Sequence record: SRR20825019_97
DNA: 64,000 nucleotides
Strand: one strand, 5' to 3'
Under the pieces are notes generated by a model, which saw only the letters and a list, made by a program, of their open reading frames with translations, was not told the origin of the DNA and ran no database searches. Each line of letters opens with the position of its first letter. Within the stretch, counting starts at the first letter, position 1. Position numbers and translations under genes: made by a program. Below, one piece after another: positions 60,793 to 64,000 of this stretch.

Positions 60793-61395
60793 TTACCAAC
60801 CTTCCGTTGGTATGCCGTGTTCTTGGAGGTAGTCGCCGTGCCGTTTTAGATAGCCTTTCGTGCGTTCCGTGAAGTCGGAAGGATCACCGTAGCCCTCTGA
60901 AGCCTGCATACGCATCACTTCGATCTCGTTGCCGATCTGGTTCATGATCCAGACCACTACGGTGCCTCCAGGAGCTAAGCCTATGGCCATCGTATGACGA
61001 GGCCCCGACCGCACATCCACCTGGGTTTTGTAGCTCGCGGGCTCCCGCATACGATCTTGTAGGTCCGGCGGCACCTTGATCAATTTGGCGTAGTACTTCT
61101 GCTCAGCAAAGGAGAACCAGTGAATAAAGATCAGCTCGGGGAAGGGCTCAAGTCCGTGGTGCGAACCACTGGGGCCGTTCGGGCCTTTCCAACAACAGGT
61201 AGCATAGCCGACAGGTGCACGCCAACTCCGTTCCCCGGTCTTCTCAAGGAACATATTCACACCCCATATATCATAGTGTTCGGGAGCTACAACTTTTATA
61301 CTCCAAGGGATATCTTCTTCAGTCGAGGTAGCGCAGCCACTCGCCAGTAGTGCTACGACGGCAATACTCACTATCCATGCCATACGAATCATCAT
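60793..61395 (-). CDS. DUF2931-like lipoprotein, probable Tli1-type immunity protein
   Basis: Lipobox ASGC; P..IFIHWFSFAEQKYY, IGLAPGGTVVVW; 4-bp overlap with the effector stop. Confidence 0.75.
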   Translation of the reverse strand: MMIRMAWIVSIAVVALLASGCATSTEEDIPWSIKVVAPEHYDIWGVNMFLEKTGERSWRAPVGYATCCWKGPNGPSGSHHGLEPFPELIFIHWFSFAEQKYYAKLIKVPPDLQDRMREPASYKTQVDVRSGPRHTMAIGLAPGGTVVVWIMNQIGNEIEVMRMQASEGYGDPSDFTERTKGYLKRHGDYLQEHGIPTEGW

Positions 61396-63458
61396 TCTCC
61401 CTCCTTTTGGGGATACACAAGGCGCTCTCCAGAAGGTGCAGGTTCATGCGGAAAGATAACGCCCAGCTTCGCCGGAAATCCCGCTATCTGGGACTCAATG
61501 CTGTTGTAGTTTGCCGAATAATGGATGTAGCGCTGAAGCAATAACTCCAAGTCCCTTGACTCAAGTGAAGGTTCGTCTTTGCCCTGAACAACCTGCGCCA
61601 GAATTTGTTGCAGAACAGGTTCCAGTTCACCCGGCACCGATACAGTCTCGTCAGTGGGATCAATTTCACCTAGAGGTAACTCCTTCTCGACCGCCAAACG
61701 ATGCATCAAACGTAAAGCCACTCTCGAATACTCGCCGCGCACCTGACGCAACATCCGCAACACCAGTTCTAACCGACCATCCGGTGCCGGATGGTCGTAG
61801 CCTTGGGCGACAATTTCCAGACGAGCAGGTCCTTCTGAGCCCAGATTCTGCGGCCAAGCCTGCAATTGATCCGACTGACGTACCGGCAAACTATAGGAAC
61901 CAATCCAGCCTTGGGCTGCCACCTGATGCCGTTGAGCATCAAGGTTATCCCACTGTGCAGTCTTCTCCGGCCACTGCAGTCGGTTTTGGGGCACTTGCAG
62001 CATCGGACTCAGGAGAGCCTCTTCCCGCTGGCTGTCGCCATACCCACCTCCTATGTCGGAGTGGACACCCGGCAGGGTGATCTCCCGAAAGTTGGCTGGG
62101 AGGGAGCCGTCTCGGCTTCTTACACTGTTAAGCGCGAAGTTTTTACGATGCTCATGGGCCGCAGTTAGATGCACCACTTGGCCAACCTTGGCTGGCTCCA
62201 GATAGAGCTTCACGGGATAATTTCGGTCGTTGTAAGCCGACAGGTCACCAGACGCTGGGTTGACGATGGCGGCGACAGAGTCGAACAGTCCTACGAAGCG
62301 GATATCCACCTGCGCCGGCCAGAGGATACCATTCTCTACAAACAGCCTTGCCAGCAGGCCGTTTGTTCCCTGATTGATCTCGTGGACCGCGTGGCGGGCC
62401 GCCGCTGCTCCTCGGCTGAAGCCGAAAAGATCGAGGGTCAATCTGTCGATGGTTTGTCCTCTCAAGTCTTCTTTCACTCGCAACGCCAGTCTTGAAAAGG
62501 CGTAGTCGACTTGCTGAATGACTCCGGCTTCCCCCATACCTGTGGCGGCGCCGTACCATTTATCGTCATCCGCTGTCTTTGTGCCCGCGCCAGGGGCGTA
62601 GACCTGCCGCCGATAGATTATCTTTTGCTCGGACTCCACTTTACCTTCTAAATATAGATCTCGCAGTTTCGCCACATTGGTAACCGCATTGCCATAACTG
62701 CCACCCATCAACATCGACAGCCGCCACTCACACTCCTCCCGACTGATCTCATCGTTTTCATAGGGAATCAGACAATCCCGCTCCAGTTGCTCGGCAAACG
62801 AGCGGGCATTGGCAGCGTTGTTCATGGTGCCGTCGGTAAATATCCCAACTTCCAGATGTACTTTGGGCGGATCGGCTTTGGCGTCCTCGGCCGCCTTTGC
62901 CGCCGAAACATTCAGCGGTGCCACCAAAGCGGCTGCTCCCAGCGGCAGGCTTAATCGATGATCTTCCGCCCCGTCTTGCGACTCACGCTCAGATCTCCGC
63001 CATTGACGATAATTCGCCGAGAACAACCCTACACCCAACCCGCCTATACCCTGGGGGTGATACTGGCGCAGCTGTTCAGGAGTAATGTCGCAGGCATTCA
63101 GCTCTGCTACGCCTTTTTGAATGGCATAAGGTAAGTTCATTCCGCCACTGCGTAACCGCCAGCGTCCTCCCGCGGGCAGGCTGTCGTCTGGCAGCCAGCT
63201 CACGACGGGAGAAAGGGGCCGTCCGGACCCGGTATAGACAAGCATCAGCCTGTTATCGCTGACTGCCCGGCAGACGGTTTCGGTCAGATGACGGCCGCTG
63301 CGGGTTTGGGGCCCGAACGCCGATTCCATGCGCGCGCGGACACTGCCATCGTCCTGGATAAGACGCCTAGCCCTATTGGTCGCGATAAAGGGGGATTCAA
63401 TGCGGGGAAGGTGGTAGGCCTTCAGGTCCCATACCGGGACCAGGTCCATAAAGCCCAT
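61392..63458 (-). CDS. DUF2235 / Tle1-like phospholipase effector
   Basis: IFTDGTMNN, TNVAKL, GAGT, DLFGFSRGAAAAR (GxSxG), FVGLFDSV, PGVHSDIGGGY; ATG 63458 after AGGAG. Confidence 0.88.
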   Translation of the reverse strand: MGFMDLVPVWDLKAYHLPRIESPFIATNRARRLIQDDGSVRARMESAFGPQTRSGRHLTETVCRAVSDNRLMLVYTGSGRPLSPVVSWLPDDSLPAGGRWRLRSGGMNLPYAIQKGVAELNACDITPEQLRQYHPQGIGGLGVGLFSANYRQWRRSERESQDGAEDHRLSLPLGAAALVAPLNVSAAKAAEDAKADPPKVHLEVGIFTDGTMNNAANARSFAEQLERDCLIPYENDEISREECEWRLSMLMGGSYGNAVTNVAKLRDLYLEGKVESEQKIIYRRQVYAPGAGTKTADDDKWYGAATGMGEAGVIQQVDYAFSRLALRVKEDLRGQTIDRLTLDLFGFSRGAAAARHAVHEINQGTNGLLARLFVENGILWPAQVDIRFVGLFDSVAAIVNPASGDLSAYNDRNYPVKLYLEPAKVGQVVHLTAAHEHRKNFALNSVRSRDGSLPANFREITLPGVHSDIGGGYGDSQREEALLSPMLQVPQNRLQWPEKTAQWDNLDAQRHQVAAQGWIGSYSLPVRQSDQLQAWPQNLGSEGPARLEIVAQGYDHPAPDGRLELVLRMLRQVRGEYSRVALRLMHRLAVEKELPLGEIDPTDETVSVPGELEPVLQQILAQVVQGKDEPSLESRDLELLLQRYIHYSANYNSIESQIAGFPAKLGVIFPHEPAPSGERLVYPQKEGE

Positions 63459-63548
63459 CGTCAGCACTCCTTGTTGACGGTAAAAGACAAGCTGGCCATG
63501 TTAGCCGATGTTTCACGAAGGCAACAATTCGAGTGTCACGTTTTTTCA

Positions 63549-64000
63549 CTAAACCAGGTCCACGCCCTCCGAGTCTCGCAACTTCCCAAGAAGATCGCTG
63601 ATCAAACTGGGCTCGCCAATGGCATCGTCCCATTGCAGCTGCGCCGGACTACCATCCAGATACCATAGCCGGTTCGCCAGGATCTCAGCATCGCGCCCAT
63701 CATGGGTTACGCAAATCATGGCCATGCTGGCGTTGGCGTCCAGGATTCCGGCAATCAGTGTTTTCAGTTCACTCGCCATTACCGGATCAAGAGATGCGAA
63801 GGGTTCATCCAATAGCAACAGGTCCGGTTCAACCGCCAGGCAACGCGCGAGGGCGGCCCGCCGCGCCATGCCAAGGGAGAGCTGATCTGGCAGGTAATGC
63901 CCATATCCAGCGAGACCAACCTGGCCCAGGGCACTCTCAGCCTCCTCATCACTGGCACCGACAAGCTTGAGGTTGGCGTTCAGGGTTCGCCAGGGCAGCA
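63549..64000 (-). CDS. ABC transporter ATP-binding protein (NitT/TauT-like), 3' part; starts beyond the window
   Basis: LLPWRT...NL, QLSLGMARR, LLLLDEPFASLD, CVTHD. Confidence 0.88.
   Translation of the reverse strand, partial: LPWRTLNANLKLVGASDEEAESALGQVGLAGYGHYLPDQLSLGMARRAALARCLAVEPDLLLLDEPFASLDPVMASELKTLIAGILDANASMAMICVTHDGRDAEILANRLWYLDGSPAQLQWDDAIGEPSLISDLLGKLRDSEGVDLV

Overview
Chromosomal segment of a GC-rich gammaproteobacterium, most likely Marinobacter (inferred from gene content and order). Bases 1-9.5 kb are a housekeeping block: dnaK (partial), grpE, recN, fur, bamE, ratB, ratA, an SNF transporter, smpB, a wax ester synthase and ssrA (tmRNA). This block carries sigma32 promoters and tandem LexA boxes, and no integrated element is visible at the tmRNA. 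Bases 9.5-25.5 kb hold mixed metabolic genes, including an ATP-grasp ligase paired with a 674-aa protein that has a cryptic calpain/papain-like Cys-His-Asn triad, a candidate Pho-box-driven structured sRNA and a bacterial CarS-like gene. Bases 25.5-64 kb are a Pseudomonas-like ped/exa PQQ alcohol-oxidation cluster: ercS/ercA, an S9 peptidase, pqqABCDE, an aldehyde dehydrogenase, lanthanide-type PedH plus Ca-type PedE, and PedS2/R2- and PedA1A2BC-like genes. Three blocks interrupt this cluster: (i) a seven-gene module (CotH-type kinase lipoprotein, VTC polyphosphate-polymerase domain, DUF4956, OprO/P porin and a three-gene atypical two-component system) whose two promoters share a 17-bp palindrome, which is the best candidate for an undescribed system; (ii) an MFP-RND-TetR efflux operon; (iii) an orphan Tle1-like phospholipase/immunity pair. 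All family calls are from motif recognition by eye, and no searches were run.
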